Shown one piece after another: positions 1 to 9,856 of a DNA stretch of 64,000 bases. The position numbers and the translations under genes are program-made. The notes beneath the pieces were generated by a model. That model was not told where the DNA came from, made no database searches, and worked only from the letters and a program-made list of their open reading frames with translations. The stretch is from NCBI GenBank assembly GCA_036262095.1, contig DATAJQ010000238.1, positions 4,304 through 68,303 of the forward strand, given 5' to 3'. Source of the stretch: Chitinophagaceae bacterium. GTDB lineage: Bacteria; Bacteroidota; Bacteroidia; Chitinophagales; Chitinophagaceae. How positions within the stretch are numbered: the first letter of the stretch is position 1; the number at the start of each line of letters is the position of its first letter.

Positions 1-2419
1 GAATCTCCTCTGCCAGTGGGTCTTCCAGGTATTTCTGGATAGCCCTGTGCAGCGGGCGGGCACCAAACTGAACATCATATCCTTTATCTGCCAGGAAAGA
101 TTTTGCATCTTCTGTCAGCGACAGGCTGAATCCAAGGCTGGTAAGGCGCTTCATCACACCTTTCATCAGGATATCGATGATGCTGAAGATATTTTCCTTG
201 CTGAGGCTGTTGAAGATCACCACATCATCGATACGGTTGAGGAACTCAGGAGAGAATGTACGTTTCAGCGCTTTTTCAATCACTGCTTTGTTCGCTTCAT
301 CTTCCTGCTCCATTTTGGAACTGGTAGTGAAACCAACTCCTGCCCCAAAGTCTTTCAATTGCCTTACACCGATATTGGATGTCATGATGATCAGTGTATT
401 CTTGAAATCCACTTTACGTCCCAGGCCATCGGTAAGCTGTCCATCGTCCAGCACCTGCAGCAGGATATTGTAGATATCCGGGTGAGCTTTTTCAATCTCA
501 TCGAGGAGGATCACGCTGTAAGGTTTACGGCGTACCCTTTCGGTGAGTTGTCCACCTTCTTCATATCCTACATATCCGGGAGGTGCGCCGATCAACCGGC
601 TCACGGTGAATTTCTCCATGTATTCACTCATATCGATACGCACCAGCGCATCTTCCGAATCGAACATATAACGGGCGAGTGCACGCGCCAGCTCGGTTTT
701 ACCCACACCGGTGGGGCCGAGGAAGATAAAGGTGCCGATCGGTTTCTTAGGGTCTTTCAAACCGACACGGTTACGCTGGATGGCTTTCACCACTTTGGTA
801 ATTGCCTCGTCCTGACCGATCACCATACCGCGCATATCGTCTGTCATCTTACGCAGTTTCTCTGTTTCTGCCTGAACCATGCGTTTAACAGGAATACCGG
901 TCATCATACTTACCACTTCAGCAATCGCCTCTTCATCGATTGGATAGCGTTTGTGCTTGCTTTCTTCTTCCCAATCAGCTTTTGCTTTTTCGAGGTCTTC
1001 GGCCAGGCGTTTTTCCGTGTCGCGCAATGAGGCGGCTTCTTCAAACTTCTGGCTTTTTACCACTTTATTCTTTTCGTTCTTCACATCTTCGATCTTCTTT
1101 TCAAGATCAACGATGTTTTGGGGAACGTTGATATTTTTCAGGTGCACTCTTGCGCCCACTTCATCCATCACATCGATGGCTTTATCAGGCAGCAAACGGT
1201 CAGTGATATAACGGTCGCTGAGTTTAACACAGGCTTCAATTGCTTCCTGGTTATACGTTACGTTATGATAATCCTCGTATTTGGATTTGATATTGTTCAG
1301 GATCTGTATGGTTTCATCTACGCTTGGAGGATCCACCATCACTTTCTGGAAGCGGCGGTCCAGAGCTCCATCTTTTTCAATGTACATACGGTACTCATCC
1401 AGAGTGGAAGCGCCGATGCATTGCAGTTCACCACGGGCAAGTGCAGGCTTGAAGATATTGCTGGCATCGAGTGAGCCACTGGCTCCGCCTGCACCAACAA
1501 TGGTGTGCAGCTCATCGATGAACAGGATCACGTCGCGGTTCTTTTCCAGTTCGTTCATGATCGCTTTCATGCGTTCTTCAAACTGTCCGCGGTATTTGGT
1601 GCCGGCCACTAAAGCAGCCAGGTCAAGAGAGATCACTCTTTTATCAAACAGTACACGGGAAACTTTGCGTTGCACGATGCGCAGGGCAAGTCCTTCCACG
1701 ATCGCTGTTTTACCCACACCGGGTTCACCGATCAGGATCGGGTTATTCTTTTTCCGGCGGGAAAGTATTTGTGATACCCTTTCAATTTCTGATTCCCTTC
1801 CTACAATAGGATCAAGGGTTCCCATTTCCGCAAGCTTGGTGATATCGCGGCCGAAATTATCCAGTACAGGTGTTTTGCTTTTAGCATTGCCGCTTTGCTT
1901 GGATCCTTTCTGTTGGGAATACTTTTTCTCATCTTCAAAATCGTCTTCGTTCTCATCGGTGAATTCGGCACGAGGGTCATTGGATTTTACAATGCCCAGT
2001 TCCTGCCTGAACAGATCGTAGTCCACGTCAAACTGATTTAAGATTTGTGTTGCAATATTTTCCTTGTTCTTCAAGATGGAAAGCATCAGGTGCTCTGTTT
2101 CAACAGTAGTGCTTTTAAGGGCTTTTGCCTCCAGCACAGTTACCCTGATCACTTTCTCAGCCTGTTTGGTTAAAGGCAGGCTGTTGATGTTCGCGATATT
2201 CTTTCCTGTTTTATCCTTGACGGCCAACTCAATTTCTTTTCGTAGCTCGTATAGGTCAACATTAAAACTTTTAAGAATACGGACGGCTGTGTTATCTCCC
2301 TCCCGGATCAAACCGAGCAGGAGATGTTCGGTACCAATAAAATCATTTCCCAATCTCAGTGCTTCCTCCCTGCTGAACGAAATGATCTCCTTTACCTGGG
2401 CTGAAAAATTATTATCCAT
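1..2419 (-). CDS. clpC: Clp/Hsp100 AAA+ chaperone ATPase, ClpC-type; the C-terminus runs off the left window edge
   Basis: Missing from the ORF track because it is open at the window edge. Hand translation from the ATG at 2419-2417 gives [43 protein letters not shown], a Clp_N repeat. An in-frame Walker A (GEPGVGKT) lies at 1729-1706 and a second (GPTGVGKT) at about 718-695. The + strand ORFs at 47..2429 are low-complexity antisense shadows. Confidence 0.9.
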   Translation of the reverse strand, partial: MDNNFSAQVKEIISFSREEALRLGNDFIGTEHLLLGLIREGDNTAVRILKSFNVDLYELRKEIELAVKDKTGKNIANINSLPLTKQAEKVIRVTVLEAKALKSTTVETEHLMLSILKNKENIATQILNQFDVDYDLFRQELGIVKSNDPRAEFTDENEDDFEDEKKYSQQKGSKQSGNAKSKTPVLDNFGRDITKLAEMGTLDPIVGRESEIERVSQILSRRKKNNPILIGEPGVGKTAIVEGLALRIVQRKVSRVLFDKRVISLDLAALVAGTKYRGQFEERMKAIMNELEKNRDVILFIDELHTIVGAGGASGSLDASNIFKPALARGELQCIGASTLDEYRMYIEKDGALDRRFQKVMVDPPSVDETIQILNNIKSKYEDYHNVTYNQEAIEACVKLSDRYITDRLLPDKAIDVMDEVGARVHLKNINVPQNIVDLEKKIEDVKNEKNKVVKSQKFEEAASLRDTEKRLAEDLEKAKADWEEESKHKRYPIDEEAIAEVVSMMTGIPVKRMVQAETEKLRKMTDDMRGMVIGQDEAITKVVKAIQRNRVGLKDPKKPIGTFIFLGPTGVGKTELARALARYMFDSEDALVRIDMSEYMEKFTVSRLIGAPPGYVGYEEGGQLTERVRRKPYSVILLDEIEKAHPDIYNILLQVLDDGQLTDGLGRKVDFKNTLIIMTSNIGVRQLKDFGAGVGFTTSSKMEQEDEANKAVIEKALKRTFSPEFLNRIDDVVIFNSLSKENIFSIIDILMKGVMKRLTSLGFSLSLTEDAKSFLADKGYDVQFGARPLHRAIQKYLEDPLAEEI

Positions 2420-2565
2420 TTTTAGGTAATTGGTTGTTATACAATATTAACAAATTAATTCGGATTCCTGCTCCTCCCTATTTATAAACGGAATGTTGAT
2501 AATTTAAGTTGTCAAGGGATGCTAAAATTTTGCTATTTGCCTGGACAAGAATCTAAATTTACAGT

Positions 2566-2964
2566 ATGCAGGTCAAAATAGATACCAAAGAGAAATTTCA
2601 TGCCATCACGGTGCCGGGCCCAACACTTTCTGCTACAATGACAGAAGAACTGGAAAATATCTTAGTCCCTTACCTGCAAAATGACGCGCAGCAACCCGAT
2701 GGGCAGGTCAAAAATGTGGTGCTGATACTCCAAGACATTCAAAATATGGATTATGCTGCGGCTGGCAAACTGGTAGATATTCAGCAAAAGTTCTATGAAA
2801 ATAACGCCTCCTTTGTGGTTTGCTCGCTTCAGAAACAAGTGGAGGAATTCCTCGACAAAAATGAACTTTTGGAGCTGATGAATGTTACACCCACCGAAAG
2901 CGAAGCCTGGGACATTGTGCAAATGGAAGAGATTGAAAGGGAATTACTGGATGGGGAAGGTTAA
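2566..2964 (+). CDS. STAS-domain-like small protein (anti-sigma-antagonist fold), function unknown
   Basis: The 132-aa ORF has the size and alternating beta/alpha pattern (KFHAITV..., NVVLILQDIQNMDYAAAGKLV) of STAS proteins. It sits directly upstream of rnz. Confidence 0.45.
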   Translation: MQVKIDTKEKFHAITVPGPTLSATMTEELENILVPYLQNDAQQPDGQVKNVVLILQDIQNMDYAAAGKLVDIQQKFYENNASFVVCSLQKQVEEFLDKNELLELMNVTPTESEAWDIVQMEEIERELLDGEG

Positions 2965-3040
2965 GTTTGAGTCTGCCGTCGATAGTCAGGGGCGGTAGTA
3001 TGAAAAGTTTTGATGTAATATTTCCTTTGTATTTTAGCTG

Positions 3041-3943
3041 ATGCTCGCTGTAACGATTCTTGGAAATAACTCTGCCGTACCGGCCTTCGACCGCCACCCC
3101 ACCAGCCAGGTAGTTACCCAGGATGGTACTAATTATTTGGTGGACTGTGGAGAGGGTACGCAGATCCAGATGATCAACTATAAAATCCGCCGGAGTAAGA
3201 TCTCCCATATTTTTATTTCACACCTGCATGGCGACCATTATTTTGGTTTGGTTGGCCTGCTCAATTCCTTTGGTCTGCTTAGTCATCAGCAGGAGTTGCA
3301 TGTATACGCCCCTGCTCCTTTACAGGAGATCATCGAAATGCAGTTGCGGGTAGCAGATACCAGGCTTTGTTATCCTTTGCATTTTCATGTCATCAGTGGG
3401 GAAGCAGTTTTGGTGAACAATGATAAGATCGAGATCCGTTGTTTTCCGACCCAGCATCGCATTGAATGTTATGGTTTTTCTTTCCGGGAAAAAAAGAAAC
3501 CAAGAAGGCTGATCCTGGAGAGCGTTAAAGAGAATAATATCCCGCTTCATTTTTATGAGAACCTGAAAAACGGGGAAGATTTTGTGACCACGGCCGGTGA
3601 AGTGATCCGTAATGAATGGCTTACCATCGCCGCACCAAAAGGGAAAAGCTATGCTTTTTGTGCAGACACCCGTTACTTTGAACCTATTATTGATCATATC
3701 AGGGATATGGACATGATCTATCATGAAACCACTTATCTCGATAACCTGCGCGACCGCGCCTACGAACGGTTTCATTCCACTACCAAACAAGCCGCGTTGA
3801 TAGCACAGAAAGCTAATGTCAAAAAATTACTGATCGGGCATTTCAGCAGTAAGTACGATACGCTGGAAGAATTTGAGCGCGAAGCAAGGGATGTGTTCCC
3901 CAATACGGATATAGCACAGGAAGGAGTTACTTACCGGGTTTAA
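3041..3943 (+). CDS. rnz: Ribonuclease Z (tRNA 3' endonuclease, metallo-beta-lactamase fold)
   Basis: N-terminus MLAVTILGNNSAVP...LVDCGEGTQ, HxHxDH motif in ISHLHGDHYFGL, and C-terminal LLIGHFSSKY. The 300-aa length is typical. Confidence 0.9.
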   Translation: MLAVTILGNNSAVPAFDRHPTSQVVTQDGTNYLVDCGEGTQIQMINYKIRRSKISHIFISHLHGDHYFGLVGLLNSFGLLSHQQELHVYAPAPLQEIIEMQLRVADTRLCYPLHFHVISGEAVLVNNDKIEIRCFPTQHRIECYGFSFREKKKPRRLILESVKENNIPLHFYENLKNGEDFVTTAGEVIRNEWLTIAAPKGKSYAFCADTRYFEPIIDHIRDMDMIYHETTYLDNLRDRAYERFHSTTKQAALIAQKANVKKLLIGHFSSKYDTLEEFEREARDVFPNTDIAQEGVTYRV

Positions 3944-3950
3944 GGTATCC

Positions 3951-4010
3951 CTTCCCGTTCTTCCCGCCTTACCGGTAAGTTTTTACCGGTAAGGCGGGAA
4001 GAACGGGAAG
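3951..4010. repeat. Palindromic intergenic element, copy 1: perfect 28-bp stem with a 4-nt loop, between convergent rnz and the esterase gene
   Basis: Left arm 3951-3978 (cttcccgttcttcccgccttaccggtaa) is the exact reverse complement of right arm 3983-4010; the loop is gttt. It probably also acts as a bidirectional terminator. A second copy lies at 45276-45338. Confidence 0.85.
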
Positions 4011-4050
4011 AAATCATTTAAATATATTCTTGTTTTGCTTGCAGTGAAGG

Positions 4051-5181
4051 TTATTGATGTAGCCACTCATAAAACAGGGGGAATTCTTTTCTCCATGTTG
4101 GTTCGTTGTGTTTTCCGTCATCGAGAATATGAATGGTCATTTCAGATCTGGAAACGGATTTCAGATCATTGTAAGCCCTTTGCATATCAGGTACCATTGT
4201 TTCTCCTTCCAGTTTACCTCCGTAGAAATAGATCCGGGAATTCACTTTCCCGCCATACTTCTTTATATCATCAAAGATGCCTGAACCACTGATCCAGAAT
4301 GCAGGAGAGAACACACCAGCCCCACCGAATACTGCAGGATATTTCAACACTGCATAAAGGGAAATCAATCCACCCATTGAACTGCCGGCCACAGCCGTGT
4401 TCTTTTTATCCTTTAATGTGCGGTAATGCTTATCGATATAAGGTTTTAATGTTTTTACGAGGAAGTCGACATACGCACTTCCCTCTCCTTCCCCGAAGCG
4501 TTCATTGTCGTAAGGATTATACTCGTTCAACCGTTTATTGCCACCATGATCTGCTGCCACCACAATGCTTTGAGCAAGTTTGGTGGAATCCAGAAACTCA
4601 TCTACTCCCCATTCACCGGAATAAGACGTGGCATTATCAAAGACGTTTTGACCATCGTGCATGTACAGCACGGGATAACGCTTTGTTACATCCGTTGAAT
4701 AGTTTTTAGGAAGATAGATCCATACACGCCGGGTGCGTTTTAATTGCGGTATCAGGAATGCTGTATCGATGATATGTACCTGTGCTGTTGCGGAGCTTTT
4801 TTTAGATTGGGCAGGGAAGCGGTCGGCCCATTCCTGCACTTCCAGTTCTATAGTCTTGCTGCCGGTTGTTTTAAGGATACGATTGGGCGAATGTGTCCCG
4901 TTTTTCTGGCATTCGGCCTTATCCCAGGCGCCACGGGTAAGTTTGAATTCGTAAGAAGTATCGGGCAATGACAGGTCGAGATGGTAAGCACCATTCCCTG
5001 TTTTCTTAAACCGGTAATTAGTATCTGCAGGATTCCAGCCATTGAAAGAACCGGCAGCAAAAATATCACTGCCCGTTGGATGATATTCCGGGAGTTTATT
5101 TATTTCAATACGAACAGTGTTCTGAGCCATTGTTGTTAAATGAGCTGAGAGTAGCAGTAAGCAAAAGTATACCCGTACCAT
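4051..5181 (-). CDS. Secreted alpha/beta-hydrolase esterase (esterase D / CE1-like) with an N-terminal CBM20/48-like carbohydrate-binding domain
   Basis: Signal peptide MVRVYFCLLLLSAHLTTMAQ. The segment GSFNGWNP...YEFKLTRGAWD resembles a starch/glycogen-binding module. PVLYMHDGQNVF and the nucleophile elbow GSSMGG mark the esterase domain. Confidence 0.7.
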   Translation of the reverse strand: MVRVYFCLLLLSAHLTTMAQNTVRIEINKLPEYHPTGSDIFAAGSFNGWNPADTNYRFKKTGNGAYHLDLSLPDTSYEFKLTRGAWDKAECQKNGTHSPNRILKTTGSKTIELEVQEWADRFPAQSKKSSATAQVHIIDTAFLIPQLKRTRRVWIYLPKNYSTDVTKRYPVLYMHDGQNVFDNATSYSGEWGVDEFLDSTKLAQSIVVAADHGGNKRLNEYNPYDNERFGEGEGSAYVDFLVKTLKPYIDKHYRTLKDKKNTAVAGSSMGGLISLYAVLKYPAVFGGAGVFSPAFWISGSGIFDDIKKYGGKVNSRIYFYGGKLEGETMVPDMQRAYNDLKSVSRSEMTIHILDDGKHNEPTWRKEFPLFYEWLHQ

Positions 5182-5200
5182 GATAAATTATAGAGTCAGG

Positions 5201-6082
5201 TTATTTCTTCATTAACTCCTTGATCATTGCATGCAAAGAAGCACTTACCGGCCAAACAGGCTGACGGAAAGTATTCTGACATAATCCCATTTCAGAAAGA
5301 TAGGCTTTCACGCCGCTGGGGCTACCCTCTGCAAACATGGAGTTGATAATATCTGTGTATTTATAATGCAGTTCGCGTGCCTCAGCAAATTTATCTGCCA
5401 GGCAAAGCCTTACCATTTCAGCAAATTCTTTGGGGTAAGCATTAGCTACAACTGAAGTAACACCGGCAGCGCCTAATGCGATCATGGGCAGGGTCAATGC
5501 ATCATCACCGCTGATCACCATAAAATCGGCTGGTTTGTATTTAATGATCTGCATGATCTGCTCCATATTACCGCTTGCTTCCTTGGTAGCAAAGATCTTT
5601 TTACATTCATGTGCAATGCGAAGCTGAGTTGCTGCAGTCATGTTCTGCCCGGTACGGGAAGGCACATTATACATCATGATCGGCAACGGTGCTTTATCAT
5701 TCAGTGCTTTATAGTGCTGAAATAAACCTTCCTGGTTGGGTTTGTTATAATAAGGCGATACAGACAATATCGCATCATAGCCCTGCAAATCGAATCTGGC
5801 AAAACCATCAAGCACTTCTTTTGTGTCATAACCGCCGATACCGGCCACAAGGGGCAGGCGGCCATTCACTGTTTTTGCAACAAAAGAAAACACCTGTTGC
5901 TTTTCGTCACCATGCACGGTAGCACTTTCGCCGGTAGTGCCCAATACCACCAGGTATTCCACCTTACCAGCGATCCAGAATTCGATCAGCTTTTTATAGC
6001 TGTCCCAATCAATGGATCCGTCTGCATGAAAAGGTGTTACGATGGCGATACCGGTGCCGGTGAATTTTTGCTGAAGTGACAT
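5201..6082 (-). CDS. dapA: 4-hydroxy-tetrahydrodipicolinate synthase
   Basis: TGIAIVTPF...VVLGTTGESATV...YNVPSRTG is typical DapA. The ORF-track start at 6109 is a GTG; the ATG at 6082 (MSLQQKF) gives the normal length. Confidence 0.9.
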   Translation of the reverse strand: MSLQQKFTGTGIAIVTPFHADGSIDWDSYKKLIEFWIAGKVEYLVVLGTTGESATVHGDEKQQVFSFVAKTVNGRLPLVAGIGGYDTKEVLDGFARFDLQGYDAILSVSPYYNKPNQEGLFQHYKALNDKAPLPIMMYNVPSRTGQNMTAATQLRIAHECKKIFATKEASGNMEQIMQIIKYKPADFMVISGDDALTLPMIALGAAGVTSVVANAYPKEFAEMVRLCLADKFAEARELHYKYTDIINSMFAEGSPSGVKAYLSEMGLCQNTFRQPVWPVSASLHAMIKELMKK

Positions 6083-6262
6083 ATAAACACGAATTACACT
6101 AATAAACACGAAATGCGCGAAGGATGTGAAATTGCCGCGGATTACGCGAATGGACTAGTCTGATTTTTAGAATATCTATTTTTTAATTTGATAATGCATC
6201 CTTTATTTATGGGCTTATCTGATTGACTGGCTCACGACTAAGACTGACTGCGGACTGCCGGC

Positions 6263-7234
6263 TCAACCTTCGTCCCAGAATCCCATTTTACCGAATTTCT
6301 CGATGCGGTCGTTGACTCTTTGTTCGGGTGTTTTTTGCTTTAGTTCCTGGAGAACGGGCAGCAGATAATCTTTGAGCAGTTGTGCAGCCTGGTCATAATC
6401 CCAGTGGGCGCCGCCGATAGGTTCGGGAATGATGCCGTCTATAAGTCCGAAACCAAGCATTTTATCGGCAGTGAGTCGAAGTTGTTCGGCAGCCACTTCC
6501 TTTTTGTCCCAGCTTCGCCAGAGAATGGAAGAGCAGCTTTCAGGACTGATCACGGTGTACCAGGTATTTTCCATCATGAACACCTTATCACCTACACCGA
6601 TGCCGAGTGCACCGCCACTGGCACCTTCTCCAATGATCACGCAAATGACCGGCACTTTGAGGCGGATCATTTCATAAATATTGCGGGCGATCGCTTCCCC
6701 CTGTCCCCTTTCTTCTGCTTCCAGACCGGGATAGGCTCCGGGAGTATCGATCAGTGTAATGATCGGTTTATTGAACTTTTCTGCCAGTTTCATCAGGCGA
6801 AGCGCCTTGCGGTAACCTTCAGGGTTGGCCATACCAAAATTGCGCAGTTGACGCATTTTGGTATTGCTTCCTTTCTGCTGACCGATGATCATTACCGTTT
6901 CCCCGTTCAGTGAAGCAAAGCCACCTACCATGGCTTTATCATCCTTTACATTCCGGTCGCCGAAAAGCTCCACGAAGTTTTCGGTCATTTTGGTAATGTA
7001 TTTCGTGGTATAAGGCCTGTCCGGGTGACGGCTAAGCTGTACACGTTGCCAGCTACTGAGGTTTTTAGTGATTTCCTTCCGTTTCTCAATGATGTTTTGT
7101 TCCAGCCGCTGGATCATGTCGCTCATATCGATATGCGTCTTCTCCTGGCGGTTCTTCGTATTCTCAATTTCGTCAATCAGGTCCTTAACCGGTTTTTCAA
7201 AGTCCAAAAATTGTCTATTGGCGTTTGATGGCAT
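6263..7234 (-). CDS. accA: Acetyl-CoA carboxylase carboxyltransferase alpha subunit
   Basis: [40 protein letters not shown] and [16 protein letters not shown] are diagnostic AccA motifs. Confidence 0.95.
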   Translation of the reverse strand: MPSNANRQFLDFEKPVKDLIDEIENTKNRQEKTHIDMSDMIQRLEQNIIEKRKEITKNLSSWQRVQLSRHPDRPYTTKYITKMTENFVELFGDRNVKDDKAMVGGFASLNGETVMIIGQQKGSNTKMRQLRNFGMANPEGYRKALRLMKLAEKFNKPIITLIDTPGAYPGLEAEERGQGEAIARNIYEMIRLKVPVICVIIGEGASGGALGIGVGDKVFMMENTWYTVISPESCSSILWRSWDKKEVAAEQLRLTADKMLGFGLIDGIIPEPIGGAHWDYDQAAQLLKDYLLPVLQELKQKTPEQRVNDRIEKFGKMGFWDEG

Positions 7235-7270
7235 AGTCTAAAAATGTGGGGCTAAAATTAAGGGATTAAA

Positions 7271-7301
7271 TGCGAATGAGCGCGAATGAGTTATGAATGA
7301 G
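7271..7301. repeat. Three tandem 10/10/11-nt units ending in GAATGAG, upstream of accA
   Basis: The units are tgcgaatgag (7271-7280), cgcgaatgag (7281-7290) and ttatgaatgag (7291-7301). They lie 37-67 nt upstream of the accA ATG on the opposite strand. Confidence 0.8.
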
Positions 7302-7526
7302 CTTGAAGCTGTGAATAAAAAAGCAGCCACACAGTTAGAACTCAAACGGGTATGATGGGAAAGATACGAGGGTTACTCAGGAAAGATTACCAGTAAGTTT
7401 TTGAATATTAACTTTTTTTTACCCCTTTCCAACCCTAATACTATAGTAACCCTGAAGGCTTTTTTATCTTGTGCAAAATCCAGTCTTTAGAAAGACCGGC
7501 ATCGCCGTATTTCAAAACTGATACCC

Positions 7527-9479
7527 ATGAAGACACTTCTACCTGCCCTATTTTTAATGGTGCTTTGCTCCATTAATGCTCATACACAGATTGTTACACC
7601 AGTTATCAACGCCGGCTTCGGTGTAGATGGCGAACTCCGTTCCAATTACAAGGGAACGTCCATGTCGCTTAATACGGATGACTGGTTCACAGCCGCCTCA
7701 ACGATGGGTAGTGGGAAATCGGTGATCGATACCACCGGAGCCGCCGCCATCATGGCGCGCTATGCAACAGACATGAATTTCCGCCGCCTGCCCTTCTTCA
7801 GGCCTATGAGGATAGCCCCTTTTACCGTTGTGAACAACAGGGTCTGGATCGATGCAGTGTTCATCCGTGACTATCATGATAGCGATTCTACAGTGTTTGC
7901 TTCAGGATCGAATAAGAATGGCGATAGCCCGGGTTACTGGACCAGCCCACTGGCACAGTCCATCCCCGACAAAAATGATATCCTGGATATGATGGTCCAT
8001 ATCCGCCGGGAAGGGCCGCTGTCTACCGACTCACTCTGGATGTTCGGAGGTGTTTCCATGGACAATAACACGGGTAACCGTTATTTCGATTTTGAAATGT
8101 ATCAGACAGATATCCTTTTTGACCGCAACACGCGGAAATTCTCCGGCTATGGTCCTGATGCAGGACATACCAGTTGGCAATTCGATGCAGCGGGGAATGT
8201 ATTAACAACAGGAGATATTATTTTCAGTGCAGAATTTCAAAACTCTGCGCTTACAATGATCGATGCCCGTGTATGGGTGAACAGGGCCGCTCTTTCAATT
8301 ACACCGGTTGCGTTCGACTGGAACGGCACGTTTGATGGCGCTGCAATGGGCTCGACTTATGGGTATGCCGGCATCCGTCCTAAGCAGGCAGGTACCTATT
8401 TTACAGGGCTTGCGAACAGTGCAGGCGTCTGGGGTGGCCCATTTGGTATCATATTAAGGGATCAATCATTTGTAACTACTTACGCAGCCAATCAATATGT
8501 AGAATTCTCGGTGAACCTGAGCAAGCTGGGCCTTGATGGTTCTGGTATGCTGGGCGGGAACCAATGCGCCATGCCTTTTCGCCGCATCCTGGCCAAAACC
8601 AGGGCGTCCAGCTCCTTCACGTCTGAATTAAAAGATTTTATAGGACCATTTGATTTCTTCCTGGCTTCGCGTGCCGACGTAACTTCACAGACGCCTTTGT
8701 TGTGTGAGGGATCGGTAGCAGAAATATCCGTTACCAACCCTGTTGATGGATCGATCTATGAATGGAGTACCACTAACGGCAACATTGTAACCCCTACCGA
8801 TGCCACTTCAGTATATGTAGACCAGCCTGGTACTTATATTGTGAAGCAAACACTGCATGACGGCTGTGCGCCCTATGCAACCGACACGATCAATATAGTG
8901 CCGATGACAGGTTGTACGGTGCTCGCAGCAAATGAACTTTATGATCTTAAGGGATCACTTACAGGCACAACAGCCTCACTGCACTGGAAGGTCAGGAACA
9001 ATTCTTTTGCACAGCGTTTTGAGATCGAGCGCAGTTCAGATGGTAAGAGTTTTATGGTTGCAGGCCGCATGGATATGGTGCCATCAGCATCCCTCTCAGG
9101 TTCATATTCATTCAATGAAACACTGATCAATAATTCTTCTGCCGCTTATTACCGGATCGTGCTGATAAATAAAGATGGATCGAGGCAGGTAAGCCCCGCT
9201 ATTCAATTGTCTACATCCACCAGCGAACGGTTGATAATATATCCTAATCCGGCAACTGAATGGCTGCAAATGCAGTTGACAGTAGGCAGAACGTCTGCGG
9301 CAAAGATCAGGATCTATACTGCGGATGGCATTTTGGTATATAGCACTCAAACCAACCTGCAAAAAGGATATAACCAGCTCAAATTGCAAGGGCTTCAGGG
9401 CAAACCTTCAGGCACTTACCTGGTGATGGTTCAAACAGACGATGAGGTGTTCAGCAGGAAGTTTGTCCTCCGTCAATAA
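7527..9479 (+). CDS. Secreted protein with a T9SS type A C-terminal sorting domain; the N-terminal domain is of unknown function
   Basis: Signal peptide MKTLLPALFLMVLCSINAHTQ. The C-terminal roughly 80 aa (LIIYPNPATEWLQMQL...GTYLVMVQTDDEVFSRKFVL) match the Por/T9SS CTD pattern. Confidence 0.8.
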   Translation: MKTLLPALFLMVLCSINAHTQIVTPVINAGFGVDGELRSNYKGTSMSLNTDDWFTAASTMGSGKSVIDTTGAAAIMARYATDMNFRRLPFFRPMRIAPFTVVNNRVWIDAVFIRDYHDSDSTVFASGSNKNGDSPGYWTSPLAQSIPDKNDILDMMVHIRREGPLSTDSLWMFGGVSMDNNTGNRYFDFEMYQTDILFDRNTRKFSGYGPDAGHTSWQFDAAGNVLTTGDIIFSAEFQNSALTMIDARVWVNRAALSITPVAFDWNGTFDGAAMGSTYGYAGIRPKQAGTYFTGLANSAGVWGGPFGIILRDQSFVTTYAANQYVEFSVNLSKLGLDGSGMLGGNQCAMPFRRILAKTRASSSFTSELKDFIGPFDFFLASRADVTSQTPLLCEGSVAEISVTNPVDGSIYEWSTTNGNIVTPTDATSVYVDQPGTYIVKQTLHDGCAPYATDTINIVPMTGCTVLAANELYDLKGSLTGTTASLHWKVRNNSFAQRFEIERSSDGKSFMVAGRMDMVPSASLSGSYSFNETLINNSSAAYYRIVLINKDGSRQVSPAIQLSTSTSERLIIYPNPATEWLQMQLTVGRTSAAKIRIYTADGILVYSTQTNLQKGYNQLKLQGLQGKPSGTYLVMVQTDDEVFSRKFVLRQ

Positions 9480-9515
9480 ATTGCCTGAATAAAAATAAAA
9501 AACCGTTCAAAAAAT

Positions 9516-9547
9516 TTTGGAAAGAAGGGCGTGCACTCCTATCTTTG
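9516..9547 (+). promoter_or_regulatory. Candidate Bacteroidota sigma-A promoter for tRNA-Asp
   Basis: A TTTG at 9516-9519 and an exact TAnnTTTG box (TATCTTTG) at 9540-9547 are separated by 20 nt. The box ends 22 nt upstream of the tRNA 5' end. Confidence 0.5.
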
Positions 9548-9569
9548 CCGTCCCGAAAACAACGGGTAC

Positions 9570-9643
9570 GGATCGGTAGTTCAGTTGGTTAGAATGCCGC
9601 CCTGTCACGGCGGAGGTCGCGGGTTCGAGTCCCGTCCGGTCCG
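9570..9643 (+). tRNA. tRNA-Asp (anticodon GTC); CCA is not encoded
   Basis: Cloverleaf folded by hand. Acceptor stem GGATCGG/CCGGTCC with one G-U pair, D-arm TAGTTCAGTTGGTTAGAATG, anticodon stem CCGCC/GGCGG with loop CTGTCAC, T-arm GCGGGTTCGAGTCCCGT, discriminator G. Confidence 0.9.
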
Positions 9644-9651
9644 CAAATTTC

Positions 9652-9682
9652 AAAGACGCTGTTTATCAGCGTCTTTGTTTTT
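9652..9682 (+). terminator. Rho-independent terminator after tRNA-Asp
   Basis: A 10-bp stem aaagacgctg (9652-9661) / cagcgtcttt (9667-9676) with loop tttat, followed by gttttt. Confidence 0.75.
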
Positions 9683-9856
9683 ATAGCAAACAATACAACT
9701 CGGATCCAGCGCAACGCCTTTAGTCATCGCCTAAAAGTCGCTTAAAACGCTTCCAGAGCGACGCATTAGTATTTCTCCCTCCTGTGGACGGAATGCCTAT
9801 CAGGTATTTCTTGCAAAATACCTGATAGCAGGGGAAAATACCTTTCCCTATTCTTC

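Noticed and set aside
47-2429. A series of + strand ORFs of 98-327 aa (47..1030, 1281..2021, 2064..2429 and others).
   Set aside because: Their translations are low-complexity and match nothing. The opposite strand gives an uninterrupted ClpC with both Walker A motifs in frame, so these are antisense shadow ORFs.
4035-5069. Several 73-136-aa ORFs on both strands inside the esterase gene.
   Set aside because: They overlap a well-supported 376-aa esterase with a signal peptide and a GSSMGG motif. None has a motif of its own.
9620-9643. A direct repeat of the tRNA-Asp 3' end (an attR-type site) that would mark the far boundary of an island.
   Set aside because: I read the candidate boundaries at 17574-17650, 19925-20074 and 21375-21845 and found no copy of ggttcgagtcccgtccggtcc. 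This was checked by eye only, so a computational search is still needed.
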